Origin: Acidobacteriota bacterium
GTDB taxonomy: Bacteria > Acidobacteriota > UBA6911 > RPQK01 > JAJDTT01
Reading direction: 5' to 3'
DNA length: 64,000 nt
Assembly (NCBI GenBank): GCA_965219005.1
Contig: CBDCMS010000004.1
Coordinates: 1,146,449 to 1,210,448 of the forward strand
Below the pieces are notes generated by a model, which had not been told where the DNA came from, made no database searches, and saw only the letters and a list, made by a program, of their open reading frames with translations. Below are positions 1-9,050 of this stretch, piece by piece. A program made the translations under genes and the position numbers. The stretch's first letter is position 1; each line of letters begins with the position of its first letter.

Positions 1-1509
1 CTCCCGTGGCGGGGAGTACCTACCTCGAACCGCGTCTTTCAGAAACCATGTTGGAAAGAACTTCTCGATGATCGACTGATCAGGCGGTTTCGTCAGCAGG
101 GAGACGACCACCATGACAAGGGCCGAGACGGGCAGAATGATCGCTACAGCCATGACGCCCGTGCCTCCCACGGTGTATCCAGGCGATTCCCAGCCGCGGA
201 TGAAGAAGTAGCTCCACAAAACCACGACGCTCAGAACGGAACCAAAAGCACCGTACTTGGTGCTGCGTTTCCAGAACAAGGCCGCTGCGACCACTGGAAA
301 GAGTGAGGCGAAACCGGTGAACGACCAGACTCCCAGCTTGAAGATAGAGCGCTCGGCTACCAGCGAAAGCATGTAGATGAGAAGGACGATCCCAATAACG
401 AACAGCCTGCCGGCAAGCACCTGCTGTCTCTCTGTCATGCGGTTGCGGAATCGGTAGTGTTTGACGATGTCTTCGGTAAACATGCTTCCCAGGGCCAGGA
501 ACTGGGAGTCCAATGAGGACATCACCGCCGCCAGGACGCCAGCTCCCAGGAGGCCCGCCAGGAATTCAGGGGCGTGGAGGCCGATCATCTTGACCAGGAC
601 GGAGTTGGCGGCGGCGCCTTTCAGTTCCGGGAAGTCAATGCGCCCCATGATCCCCAGCAGCACGCTGGGCACCCAGACTGCGGCGATGCACACGGGATAG
701 AAAACCAGCGGATACCGGAACGATTCAGCGCGACGCGCCGAAAGCCAGTGCATGAACATGTGGGGGAACATGCCGACTGAGAGTGGAATACAGGTGTAGG
801 TGAGGAGCTTTATGGGAGAGATCAGTTCTCCCCGGATGAGCAACTCCGGATGGCTCTCGGCCACCAATCCCATCGCAGCCGAAAGGCCACCCAGCTTTCG
901 AACGATGAAGACGAAGGTTACAGCCCCCAGGACCATGAAGACCAGCGTCTGAAACGTATTGACCCAGGCCGTCGCCCTCAAGCCACTGGACGAGACGTAG
1001 GTGAGGACCACGCCACAGACCACCAGACCACCCAGCCAGTCTGGGATCTTTCCCTCGGTGATCTGGTTCAGAGTCAGTCCCCCTGCCATCACACCGATCA
1101 AGAGATAGGGAATGACCAGGCCCACCAGCACGATGAAGAGGACCAGACCCAGGTGGTCGGAGTCCCAGCGTTCCCGGAAATACTGGACCTGGGTGATATA
1201 GCCGTTCCGTTTGCCCAACCACCAGAGACGGGTACCCACGAAGAAGAAGACGCTGGGAATGATCAGAGCCGAGGACGATGCCATCAGCGCAAAGACTCCG
1301 ATTCCCTCGTGGTAGGCCTCCCCCGAGGCTCCTAGCAAGGCAAAAGCCGTCATGTTGGTGCCGAAGAGGGACATCAGCAGGATGAAGGGGCCGATCGTCC
1401 GAGTCGCCACGAAATAGTCTTCACCCGTACCGCGAAACAGACGGTGACTGAGTGCACCTATTGAGAGAACTGCCGCGAGATAGACGAAGATAACTGCGAT
1501 GATCACGGG
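1..1509 (-). CDS. Sodium:solute symporter (SSS family) transporter; GTG start at 1509, C-terminus runs off the window start
   Basis: My manual translation of the minus strand from the GTG at 1509 gives about 500 aa with no stop. It has 12-13 hydrophobic helices and SSS-like motifs (GTNMTAFALLGASGEAYHEGIG..., YFRERW). The ORF track missed it because it starts at GTG rather than ATG. Confidence 0.75.
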
Positions 1510-1549
1510 TCAATCCTCGACTGACGATGGTGGGTGTCGGTTGGCGGGC

Positions 1550-2553
1550 TCATCCTGAACTGGAATCGGACGACCTCGGACGCAGTAGGAGCAGGGCTCC
1601 CAGAAGGAGTACTCCCAACACCATCACCAGCAGTCCCAAACCCGAAAGCGTCGGGATCTCTTCAGGTGAGGCGGTCCTGAGAACACCCTGTCCCTTGAGG
1701 GCAGCGTTTGCGGCGGTGCTTCGTCCTTTGAGGAGCAAGCCATCCGGATCATTGCTGGTGATCTGCAAGCTAGCCGTCTTGGGCCCCACGCTGGTGGGGT
1801 TGAAGCTCACCGTCACCTGGTTGGTCTCTCCAGGGGACAAGCTGAACGGCGGCGCGGGTCCAGAGAACCCGTCGATGGAGAATTCGCCGGCATCCGGCCC
1901 GACCAGCGTGACTGCGGTGACCATCAGAACTGCACTGCCCACGTTCGAGATCGTGAATGTCTGGGTGGCGCTCGATTGAACGATGACCGCACCAAAGTCA
2001 TGCGGTCGTGGCGTCACGCCGATCTGTGGTGTGCCGGGTATTGAGGTGGCCGTTGGCGTTGCTGTATTTGTGAAGGTAGGGGAAGGAGTCGGAGTCGAGG
2101 TGCTGGTCGACGTCTGAGTTGCTGTGGCAGTCGGAGTATTGGTTGCCGTGCTCGTCGCAGTGGCTGTCGAGGTTGGTGTGGAGCTTGGACAAATCCCAAG
2201 GTAGTGACTGAGATCCGTGTCTTCCACCGGCTCCCCACCCTCTCCGTGGGATCCCGCCACAGTAGCACTATTTACGTACTGGCCCGCGACGGCAGTGCCC
2301 GTTGCGGTACAGGTCATCATCGGCTGACCGGAATCCAAGCGGTCGAACGGACAAGTAATAGGTCCCAACATGTCGTCGGAATGGTCACGACGTAGGTCCA
2401 GGTAACGCTGTCATCGCAGTTTATACTGGGGCCCGGCTGCGTGTCAGCATCGAACCCATTGGTATCCTTTTCAAGATCGAGTATCTGAGCTGAGGCCCAA
2501 CCGATAAAGGCTAGAGCACAGAGGGACCAAAGCAGCAGTCTGCCAATCTTCAC
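1550..2553 (-). CDS. Secreted cell-surface protein with signal peptide, an ASH/choice-of-anchor-D-like beta-sandwich domain, a Thr/Pro-rich linker and an IPTL-CTERM-like sorting tail. It appears frameshifted near 2375-2410
   Basis: There are two overlapping minus-strand ORFs in different frames. ORF 2317..2553 has a signal peptide (MKIGRLLLWSLCALAFIGWASA). ORF 1550..2371 has a TPTSTATATSTATNTPTATATQTSTSTSTPTPSPT linker, a TFTISNVG...SLQITSNDPDG domain, and the C-terminus EEIPTLSGLGLLVMVLGVLLLGALLLLRPRSS. The GTG start overlaps the stop of the upstream DUF3311 gene (GTGA). Confidence 0.5.
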
Positions 2554-2798
2554 GAGGATTCCTGATTGAGGGTGGAATTGTGGTCTTCGCGCTCGGTTGC
2601 CAGATGACGGGGCCAGGCTCGGCGAACCAATGCCAGCATCAAGAGTGAGGCGGCGACGCAGAAACCCATGTGGTAAACCAAGCCCACCGGTATTCCCGCT
2701 AGCAGTCGCGGATTATTCCAAAGCCACAGATCGTTGTGCAGCAGGTAGAGCGCTATCAGTACGAAGTAAAGTGCAGTTCTACGCGTAGATTCACTCAT
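2550..2798 (-). CDS. DUF3311-family small membrane protein, the usual partner of SSS transporters. The longest ORF runs to 2903; the Met at 2798 is the more likely start
   Basis: The sequence MSESTRRTALYFVLIALYLLHNDLWLWNNPRLLAGIPVGLVYHMGFCVAASLLMLALV is about 80 aa with two TM helices and LLHND.W.W...GIP motifs. It lies in the same operon as the SSS gene. Confidence 0.55.
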   Translation of the reverse strand: MSESTRRTALYFVLIALYLLHNDLWLWNNPRLLAGIPVGLVYHMGFCVAASLLMLALVRRAWPRHLATEREDHNSTLNQESS

Positions 2799-2977
2799 GT
2801 CGTTCAGTTGAAGCGCTGTAATTGCAACACATAGAACGCCTTGATCGCAAGCTCCGAGTGGATTTCCCTTCGAATCTCCTTCCGGGTTTGAGAGTCGTTT
2901 CATGTTAACCTACGAGGTTTGAAAGTTGCCGAGTGGGGACTGACCTGGAACGCTCGACGCAGAGTCAGCGGGGAATC

Positions 2978-4117
2978 ATGAAGTCTTTCGTCTTCGAGCC
3001 GCGAACCCGATTGGTGTTCGGTGAGGGCATACTGAACGACCTGGGTGTGACAGCCGCCGAGCTCGGTTTCAGCCGGACCCTACTGGTAGCGGACCCGGGC
3101 CTGGTCCAGGTGGGGCATGCCGAGAGGGCAATCGGCGTCTTGGCGAAGGCAGGAGTTGAAGCCACTCTTTTCCAGGACTTCGAAGCCGACCCTGATTCGG
3201 TCATGGTAGAGCGGGGTCGCCGCTTCGCCGAACCTCTGGGGATCGACTCCATCGTAGGTCTCGGAGGTGGCAGCTCGCTGGATTGCGCCAAGGGAATCAA
3301 CTTTCTGCTGACCAACGGTGGCGAGATGAAGGACTACCGGGGTTATGGTCAGGCACAACGCTCCATGCTCCCCATGATCGGGATTCCTACGACCGCCGGA
3401 ACCGGGAGCGAAGCCCAGTCCTACGCAGTCATCTCGGACTCCGAAACACACCTCAAAATGGCGTGTGGCGACGCCAAGGCCGCTTTTCGTGTCGCCATCC
3501 TCGACCCGGCCTTGACCCTCTCCCAGCCGGCCCAGGTAACCGCGGTGTCCGGATTTGATGCCATCGCTCATGCGGTGGAGACCTATGTCAGCGCAAAGCG
3601 GACCGAGCTATCGGCAACTTTTTCACGCGAGGCCTGGAGGTTGCTCGAAGCCAACTACGAGAGAGTTCTGTCCCACCCTGACGACGTCGAAGCCCGCGGC
3701 GCGATGCAGCTGGGAGCTTATTTCGCCGGCTGCGCCATCGAAAACTCCATGGTGGGAGCCGCCCACGCTTGCGCCAATCCTCTCTCTGCCCGATACGGTA
3801 CCCCCCACGGCGTGGCCATCGCGCTCCTACTCCCACACGTCGTACGCTGGAACCAGCCGGCTTCCGAGGACGGTTATGGCGAGCTCCTCAACTTTTCCAG
3901 CCGGAACTCGTCCAAATCTAGAGTGAGTTCCCTATCCCAGCGTCTGGAGCAGCTGATCGTCTGCGGCAACCTACCGGTAGGACTCCGCGAGGTCGGAGTC
4001 CGGGAATCGGATCTTCCGTTGATGGCTGAGGAAGCGGCACAACACTGGACTTCGCAATTCAATCCGCGGCCCCTGGATGTTGCCGGGGCACTCGAGGTGT
4101 ACCGGTGCGCCTTCTAA
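2978..4117 (+). CDS. Iron-containing alcohol dehydrogenase (Fe-ADH family)
   Basis: Carries the GGGSSLDCAKG, GIPTTAGTGSE and histidine-rich metal-site motifs. The ORF starts at 2933, and I picked the Met at 2978 (MKSFVFEP) as the likely start. Confidence 0.85.
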   Translation: MKSFVFEPRTRLVFGEGILNDLGVTAAELGFSRTLLVADPGLVQVGHAERAIGVLAKAGVEATLFQDFEADPDSVMVERGRRFAEPLGIDSIVGLGGGSSLDCAKGINFLLTNGGEMKDYRGYGQAQRSMLPMIGIPTTAGTGSEAQSYAVISDSETHLKMACGDAKAAFRVAILDPALTLSQPAQVTAVSGFDAIAHAVETYVSAKRTELSATFSREAWRLLEANYERVLSHPDDVEARGAMQLGAYFAGCAIENSMVGAAHACANPLSARYGTPHGVAIALLLPHVVRWNQPASEDGYGELLNFSSRNSSKSRVSSLSQRLEQLIVCGNLPVGLREVGVRESDLPLMAEEAAQHWTSQFNPRPLDVAGALEVYRCAF

Positions 4118-5217
4118 CCCTCTTGCTGCTGCTGGCGCCTTATCTGGTCCATCCAGGCGAGTCCGCCCCGGCCGACGACTGGCCCCAGTTCCGAGGGAGC
4201 TCGGGGCTCAGTGGAACCTCAGCTTCTGCCATCCCCGAGAAGCTCAAAGTAAAGTGGACGTACGATTGTGAAGAGGCGATTCAGTCCTCGGCAGCGATCC
4301 ATGGGGGAAGGGTATTCGTAGGATCGGTCTCAGGAGAGCTGACTGCACTCGACCTGCAGTCGGGCGAATTGCTTTGGAAGTACAAGGCCTCCGATGCCAT
4401 CGGCGAGTCCTCTCCCTGTGTCGAGAAGGGGACTGTCTATGTAGGAGACCTGGCGGGAAGCGTGCACGCTGTGTCGGTTAAGGATGGCAAGGGGATCTGG
4501 ACGTACGAGACGGAGGGCGAGCTCAAGGCCTCTCCCGTGGTTTCAGGTGACCGTGTCCTGATCGGATCTTACGACGGAATGCTCTACTGTCTGTCGGCAC
4601 AGGATGGCGCGCTGCTCTGGCAAGTTCAAACCGATGGCCCGGTTAACTGCACCGCGGGAATTGCGGATGGCATTGCCTATATCTCGGGCTGTGACGGCAT
4701 GCTGCGGGGCGTTCGAGTCTCAGACGGGGAGCAAGTGGTCTCAGTGGATATCGGCGCCTACACCGGAGCTTCTCCCGCCTTGGCCAACAACATGGCCGTA
4801 TTCGGCACCTTCGAAAATCGCGTGCTGGGGGTGGACCTCCTGGACAAAAGCGTGCGTTGGTCGTACGAGCATCCGGAGAAGAAGTTTCCCTTCTACTCTT
4901 CAGCGGCCCTGGCAGCTGGCAAGGCGGTGGTAGGAGGACGGGACAAGATGGTGCACTGTCTGGAAGCGGAGAGCGGGAAACTACTCTGGACCTTTGCTAC
5001 CAAAGGACGAGTGGAATCCTCCCCAGCTGTCGCCGCCGGCAGGGTATATGTGGGCTCCAAGGATGGGCGGTTCTACGTCCTCGATCTGGAGACAGGGAAG
5101 AAGCTTTGGGAGTTCCTGGCCGGGAGCCCCATCTCGGCGTCGCCGGCGTTGGCCGCGGGACACGTGGTCTTGGGATCAGAGGATGGCCTCCTCTATTGCT
5201 TCGGTGCCGACATGTAG
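4105..5217 (+). CDS. PQQ-like beta-propeller repeat protein (BamB-like), secreted
   Basis: Signal peptide MRLLTLLLLLAPYLVHPGESAPA. It has at least 6 repeats of the form G.VY.GS.DG.LYALD...G..LW. It overlaps the Fe-ADH stop by 13 bp, suggesting an operon. Confidence 0.8.
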   Translation: MRLLTLLLLLAPYLVHPGESAPADDWPQFRGSSGLSGTSASAIPEKLKVKWTYDCEEAIQSSAAIHGGRVFVGSVSGELTALDLQSGELLWKYKASDAIGESSPCVEKGTVYVGDLAGSVHAVSVKDGKGIWTYETEGELKASPVVSGDRVLIGSYDGMLYCLSAQDGALLWQVQTDGPVNCTAGIADGIAYISGCDGMLRGVRVSDGEQVVSVDIGAYTGASPALANNMAVFGTFENRVLGVDLLDKSVRWSYEHPEKKFPFYSSAALAAGKAVVGGRDKMVHCLEAESGKLLWTFATKGRVESSPAVAAGRVYVGSKDGRFYVLDLETGKKLWEFLAGSPISASPALAAGHVVLGSEDGLLYCFGADM

Positions 5218-5261
5218 GCTGACGACGGACCGATCCAGGCTGGGGGCGGGTGGGGTCGGGC

Positions 5262-5615
5262 TCAGGGTAGCGATTCCCTGTTACAGGGCGGGTGGTAGGC
5301 CGCAATCAGCCGGGTCCGGACGACAGCTCTCTCCTCCCGCGTGGACATCGGTATCAAGTGAACCCCGACCACGAGATTCTGGGCTGAGCCCGCCTGCCTG
5401 AGGCAGTAGGGGTATTTGTCGTGTGTTGTCAAAAAATCACGCTGTGCCAAGTTGGGAGATTCCTCGAAGTAAAGGGGTTTGAGGGAACCCGACGGCTGAA
5501 TCGCAAAGATCGCGAATAGTCCCGCTGTGGCAGGTGGAGCCCAGCTGCTTAATGCGATGGGTTCCTCGAAAAGGTAGCCTGCGCATCGGACTCTGGCATG
5601 AACGGTATACGCCAC
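5262..5615 (-). CDS. Hypothetical protein (117 aa), no recognisable family
   Basis: An ORF with a GTG start at 5615 and a TATACAAT -10-like box just upstream. Composition is coding-like, but it is a short ORF in high-GC DNA. Confidence 0.3.
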   Translation of the reverse strand: MAYTVHARVRCAGYLFEEPIALSSWAPPATAGLFAIFAIQPSGSLKPLYFEESPNLAQRDFLTTHDKYPYCLRQAGSAQNLVVGVHLIPMSTREERAVVRTRLIAAYHPPCNRESLP

Positions 5616-5810
5616 AATTAGTATTGTATATTAGCCGCGAAACTGTTGCCACTAGGAAAATCGGTGTCGAGAGTCCGGAGCCGTTTGCGTTCGGCGAAGA
5701 AACTTGATGTGGAAGCGGACGCTTGGGTACCTCTCGCTCCCTTAAGTTTCTTCTTCGGCCACCAGGCTGGATCATTCCAGTGAAGACTTTTCGGTCAGGG
5801 ATAGGGGGAA

Positions 5811-5888
5811 TTGTGCTGTTGTCCGGCTCTCTCCTCGGAACTTGGCCTCATATTGCTGACGGCTCAAGTCGTTCGCGGCTCTGTTTCG
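5811..5888 (+). repeat. Intergenic repeat family X, truncated copy (TGCTGTTGTCCGGCTCTCTCCTCGG...CAAGTCGTTCGCGGCTCTGTT)
   Basis: Near-identical cores recur at 16480-16622, 21563-21640, 48352-48493, and in reverse orientation at 21366-21478. Confidence 0.7.
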
Positions 5889-5945
5889 CTCTTACGTCAA
5901 TAGATGCCTTCCTCAGCGATGTTCAGACGTTCCGTCGGTTCGACG

Positions 5946-7250
5946 TTAGAGTCGAACCCAACGCCTGGCCTTCATCTCGAACCTGGGCAGGGTTCCCGGA
6001 GGAACGAGCGAAACCGGGATGCGGATTGATAGGACTTCTCGAAGCCTCTCTTGAAGGCGGGCGGTCAGCGCGTTCGGATCGGATGACGCCTGGGCCGGTT
6101 CGACCTGGATGGACAGATCGTGCAGGCCATCTGTCTGGCGTACCTGGACGCGATACTCGGCTATATCTGGCGTTGCTCGGAGGGTCTCCTCGATCGCGCT
6201 GGGAAAGATATTCACTCCTCGGACGATCACCATATCGTCGGTTCGTCCCAGGATCCCGCCGGTCAGGGCGAGGTCGTACCGCCCGCAGGCGCAGAGGGTC
6301 TCTCTCGCCCTCTCGACCAGGTCGCCGGTGCGATAGCGTAATAGGGGAGAGGCGGATCGTCCTAGAGTCGTGAGTACCAACTCTCCTCGTTCCCCCGGCC
6401 CGACCGCGCTTCCCGATTCAGGATCGATAACCTCCGGCAAATAGGCGGACTCAATAATGTGCAGGACTCCAGCCTGCCGGGGACAGCCGAAGCTCACGGG
6501 TCCGACTTCGGTCATTCCGTGCTGGTCCACTAGCTGGGCACCGTGCCAGAGCGTTTCGATTCGCGAGCGTGTGGGCGCTATGCCCGCTCCCGGCTCGCCG
6601 GCAGCAAAGATGGTTCTGACTCCTGCTCTCTCCAGCGGGATCCCCTCACTGGCAGCAATTTCACCCAGTCTTATGGCGTAGGTTGGCGTACAGCAGACGA
6701 CGCTGACCTCGTTTCCCAGCAGGATTCGCAGCCGGGCAGTGCTGCTCAGACCCCCACCGGGAAGGCAGAGACAGCCCATTCGCGCAGCGGCATCGAAGGC
6801 AGTCCAGAAGCCCAGGAAGGGAGCGAAGGAAAAGGCGAAGAAGATTCGATCGGATGGACCGACACCGGATGCTCTGTAAACCGTTTCCCAGTTGTCCAGC
6901 ATCCACTCCCAGCTCTCTGGCGTATCCAACCAGCGCAGCGGGGCACCGGTGGTGCCGCTCGTTTGGCAGAAGCGGCTGTACTTTTCCAGAGGGAAGGTCA
7001 GATTTGTCCCGTAGGGCGGATATGTTGCCTGGTCCCGAACCAGCTCCTCCTTGAGCGTAAACGGCATGCGGCTGGAGAAGTCCTGGAGACTGCTGCTGCC
7101 AGATCTGAATCCGGCTTGTCCAATTTGGCCGGAGTAAAAGTCGTTGTCTGAGACCAGCAGGGACAGCAACGCATTCAGCTTCGAGAGCTGTTGGGCCTCA
7201 ATCTCGCTTCGGTTCGGAAAAGGCGGGGGACCCTTGTCAACGGTACCCAT
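5946..7250 (-). CDS. Phenylacetate-CoA ligase family adenylate-forming enzyme (PaaK / F390-synthetase-like)
   Basis: Has the TSGTTGAP..RW AMP-binding P-loop and PaaK-like C-terminal half (GERGELVLTTL, YRTGD). 434 aa. Confidence 0.8.
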   Translation of the reverse strand: MGTVDKGPPPFPNRSEIEAQQLSKLNALLSLLVSDNDFYSGQIGQAGFRSGSSSLQDFSSRMPFTLKEELVRDQATYPPYGTNLTFPLEKYSRFCQTSGTTGAPLRWLDTPESWEWMLDNWETVYRASGVGPSDRIFFAFSFAPFLGFWTAFDAAARMGCLCLPGGGLSSTARLRILLGNEVSVVCCTPTYAIRLGEIAASEGIPLERAGVRTIFAAGEPGAGIAPTRSRIETLWHGAQLVDQHGMTEVGPVSFGCPRQAGVLHIIESAYLPEVIDPESGSAVGPGERGELVLTTLGRSASPLLRYRTGDLVERARETLCACGRYDLALTGGILGRTDDMVIVRGVNIFPSAIEETLRATPDIAEYRVQVRQTDGLHDLSIQVEPAQASSDPNALTARLQERLREVLSIRIPVSLVPPGTLPRFEMKARRWVRL

Positions 7251-7256
7251 GGGCGA

Positions 7257-7709
7257 TCAGCTCTGCGCCAGAAGCTCGGCGGGTGCGACATCAATCTTTG
7301 CGGCAATCTCAGCTGGTATCGGTACCGATACCATCCGGCCTCCGGGCTGTGTCACGTCGGCGCAAACGACGGTAAGCGAGCCCTCTGCCACCTCCAGAGT
7401 TCCTTCTTGAGTCTGTTTGTTGAAGTGGAAGAGGTAGCTCAGCGATTTCTCCCTCTTCTCTCGAACCAGAAGGTGAATCTCCACCTGGTCCTCGAAGCGC
7501 AGGGGGTGCCTGTAGTCGCACTCCGCACGAACTCGGGGCCAGCCCAGGACGCGGTCCCCATTTCTGGGGTGGACGGCCAGGCCGAGCGAGCGATAGAAGG
7601 CATGCTCTGTTTCTTCCATGTAGCGGAAGAAGTTGGCGAAGTGAACGATACCGGCCATGTCGGTGTCGACGAATTGGATTGGCCGTTGCAGCCTGAACTC
7701 GTATGCCAT
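7257..7709 (-). CDS. Hotdog-fold acyl-CoA thioesterase (4HBT/YbgC-like)
   Basis: 150 aa with FVDTDMAGIVHFANFFRYMEETEHAFYRSLG, typical of 4HBT thioesterases. Lies 7 bp downstream of the ligase gene. Confidence 0.8.
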   Translation of the reverse strand: MAYEFRLQRPIQFVDTDMAGIVHFANFFRYMEETEHAFYRSLGLAVHPRNGDRVLGWPRVRAECDYRHPLRFEDQVEIHLLVREKREKSLSYLFHFNKQTQEGTLEVAEGSLTVVCADVTQPGGRMVSVPIPAEIAAKIDVAPAELLAQS

Positions 7710-7712
7710 TGC

Positions 7713-9047
7713 TTAAACCGGAGAGGGATCGGCTGCGGTTTCGGTTCGGGAGGTCGAATCCGGCTGTCCCGGCATTTCATTGCGGCTGAGCAGTGTCCGA
7801 CCGTGAGTCAACGGATCCGGCAACGGGACCAGTTCGGCGGTGGCCGCAAAGAGCTGGTCGAAGTCCTTGAACAGGTTTCCGATCAGGCAGTCCGTGAGAT
7901 CTCCTCTCAGATGGGGATGCTTCTTCATGAGTTTGCGAAAGCTAAACTCCTTGTCGTAGAAGGCATAGACCAGTTTTCGCATGGCCTCGATTCCTCGGCA
8001 GAATTGGGTCCCATATTCCTGGAACTGGGCCGCGGAGAAGTCGTGGTTCAAGAACGCGGCATCCACCGCATCGGCTGCCCACTCGCCGCTCTTCAGAGCA
8101 AGGAAAACACCGGAAGAGAAAACCGGATCCAGGAAGGCGAAGGCATCACCGGTCAGGAGGAGACCATCCGCAGCCGAGTATCTTGAGCGGTATGAGTAGT
8201 CTCCGGTGACGCGGAAAGGACCACTGCGGCAACCCCTTGCCAGATGCTGTTTGATCCAGGCGTTGTTGCCGATCTCGCGCTCGAAGATCGCCTCCGGTTC
8301 CCGCTCTGCCTGGAACAGGTACTGCTTCTGAGCGACCAGGCCCACGCTCACCGTGTTCTCCGCCAAGGGTATGTACCAGAACCAACCCTTCTCCGGCAGA
8401 TAGGCGATCGTTGTGGCGCCCTCATCCAGGCCGGGATCGCGAAGCGCTCCTTCGTAGTAGGTCCAGATCGCGGTCCGATTGAGATGTTCGTCCCGGATGC
8501 GCCAGTGGTTCTTGTTGGCCGAGAAGGCCGCGCGTCCCGTGGCATCGACGGTCATGGGAGCGAGAAATTCACGAGTCGCTCCCGATTTATCAACCGCCCG
8601 CACCCCTACTACGACTCCGTCCCGGTGGACGAGCCCGGTTGCAGTCGTCTCCTCGAGCACAGAGGCTCCTTTGCGGCGGGCATTGTCGAGCAGCATCTGG
8701 TCGAACTCACTTCGCAGCACTTGCCAAGTGGTTGAGGCCTCGTGCTTGAGGTGTTGAAAGAAGTAGAAGGGTTGGGAGACATCTCCCGCCGTAGAAACGA
8801 ATTGAACGCTGTACTTCTTGGGAAACTGAGAGGTCTTGAGCCGATCCACCACCCCCAGGCGTTCGAGGGTGAAATAGCAGTAGGGCATCAGGGACTCACC
8901 TACGCTGTAGCGTGGAAATCTTTCCCGCTCCAGGACCAGTACGTCCCTACCTTTTTCAGCCAGGATGGCAGCCACAGTCGAGCCAGCCGGACCGCCTCCG
9001 ATGACCAGGACATCGTGATGTTCTCGGGTTTCGGAGGCCGTCATCAC
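7713..9047 (-). CDS. FAD-dependent oxidoreductase of the flavin-dependent halogenase / geranylgeranyl-reductase superfamily (halogenase-like)
   Basis: N-terminal VLVIGGGPAGS dinucleotide fold, GESL motif, and GWFWYIPL matching the WxWxIP signature of flavin-dependent halogenases. Confidence 0.7.
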   Translation of the reverse strand: MMTASETREHHDVLVIGGGPAGSTVAAILAEKGRDVLVLERERFPRYSVGESLMPYCYFTLERLGVVDRLKTSQFPKKYSVQFVSTAGDVSQPFYFFQHLKHEASTTWQVLRSEFDQMLLDNARRKGASVLEETTATGLVHRDGVVVGVRAVDKSGATREFLAPMTVDATGRAAFSANKNHWRIRDEHLNRTAIWTYYEGALRDPGLDEGATTIAYLPEKGWFWYIPLAENTVSVGLVAQKQYLFQAEREPEAIFEREIGNNAWIKQHLARGCRSGPFRVTGDYSYRSRYSAADGLLLTGDAFAFLDPVFSSGVFLALKSGEWAADAVDAAFLNHDFSAAQFQEYGTQFCRGIEAMRKLVYAFYDKEFSFRKLMKKHPHLRGDLTDCLIGNLFKDFDQLFAATAELVPLPDPLTHGRTLLSRNEMPGQPDSTSRTETAADPSPV

Positions 9048-9050
9048 CCC

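Noticed and set aside
461-1335. Several 60-165-aa ORFs (461..700, 725..1222, 850..1335) from the six-frame track
   Set aside because: They overlap the clearly coding minus-strand SSS symporter frame (GTG start at 1509), which the ORF track missed, and their Pro/Arg/Gly-rich composition is non-protein-like.
5925-5955. tRNA-like T-arm hairpin GGTTCGACGTTAGAGTCGAACC
   Set aside because: The stem is too long, there is no D-arm or anticodon arm context, and no CCA-compatible acceptor stem. It is simply a small hairpin next to the PaaK-like gene stop.
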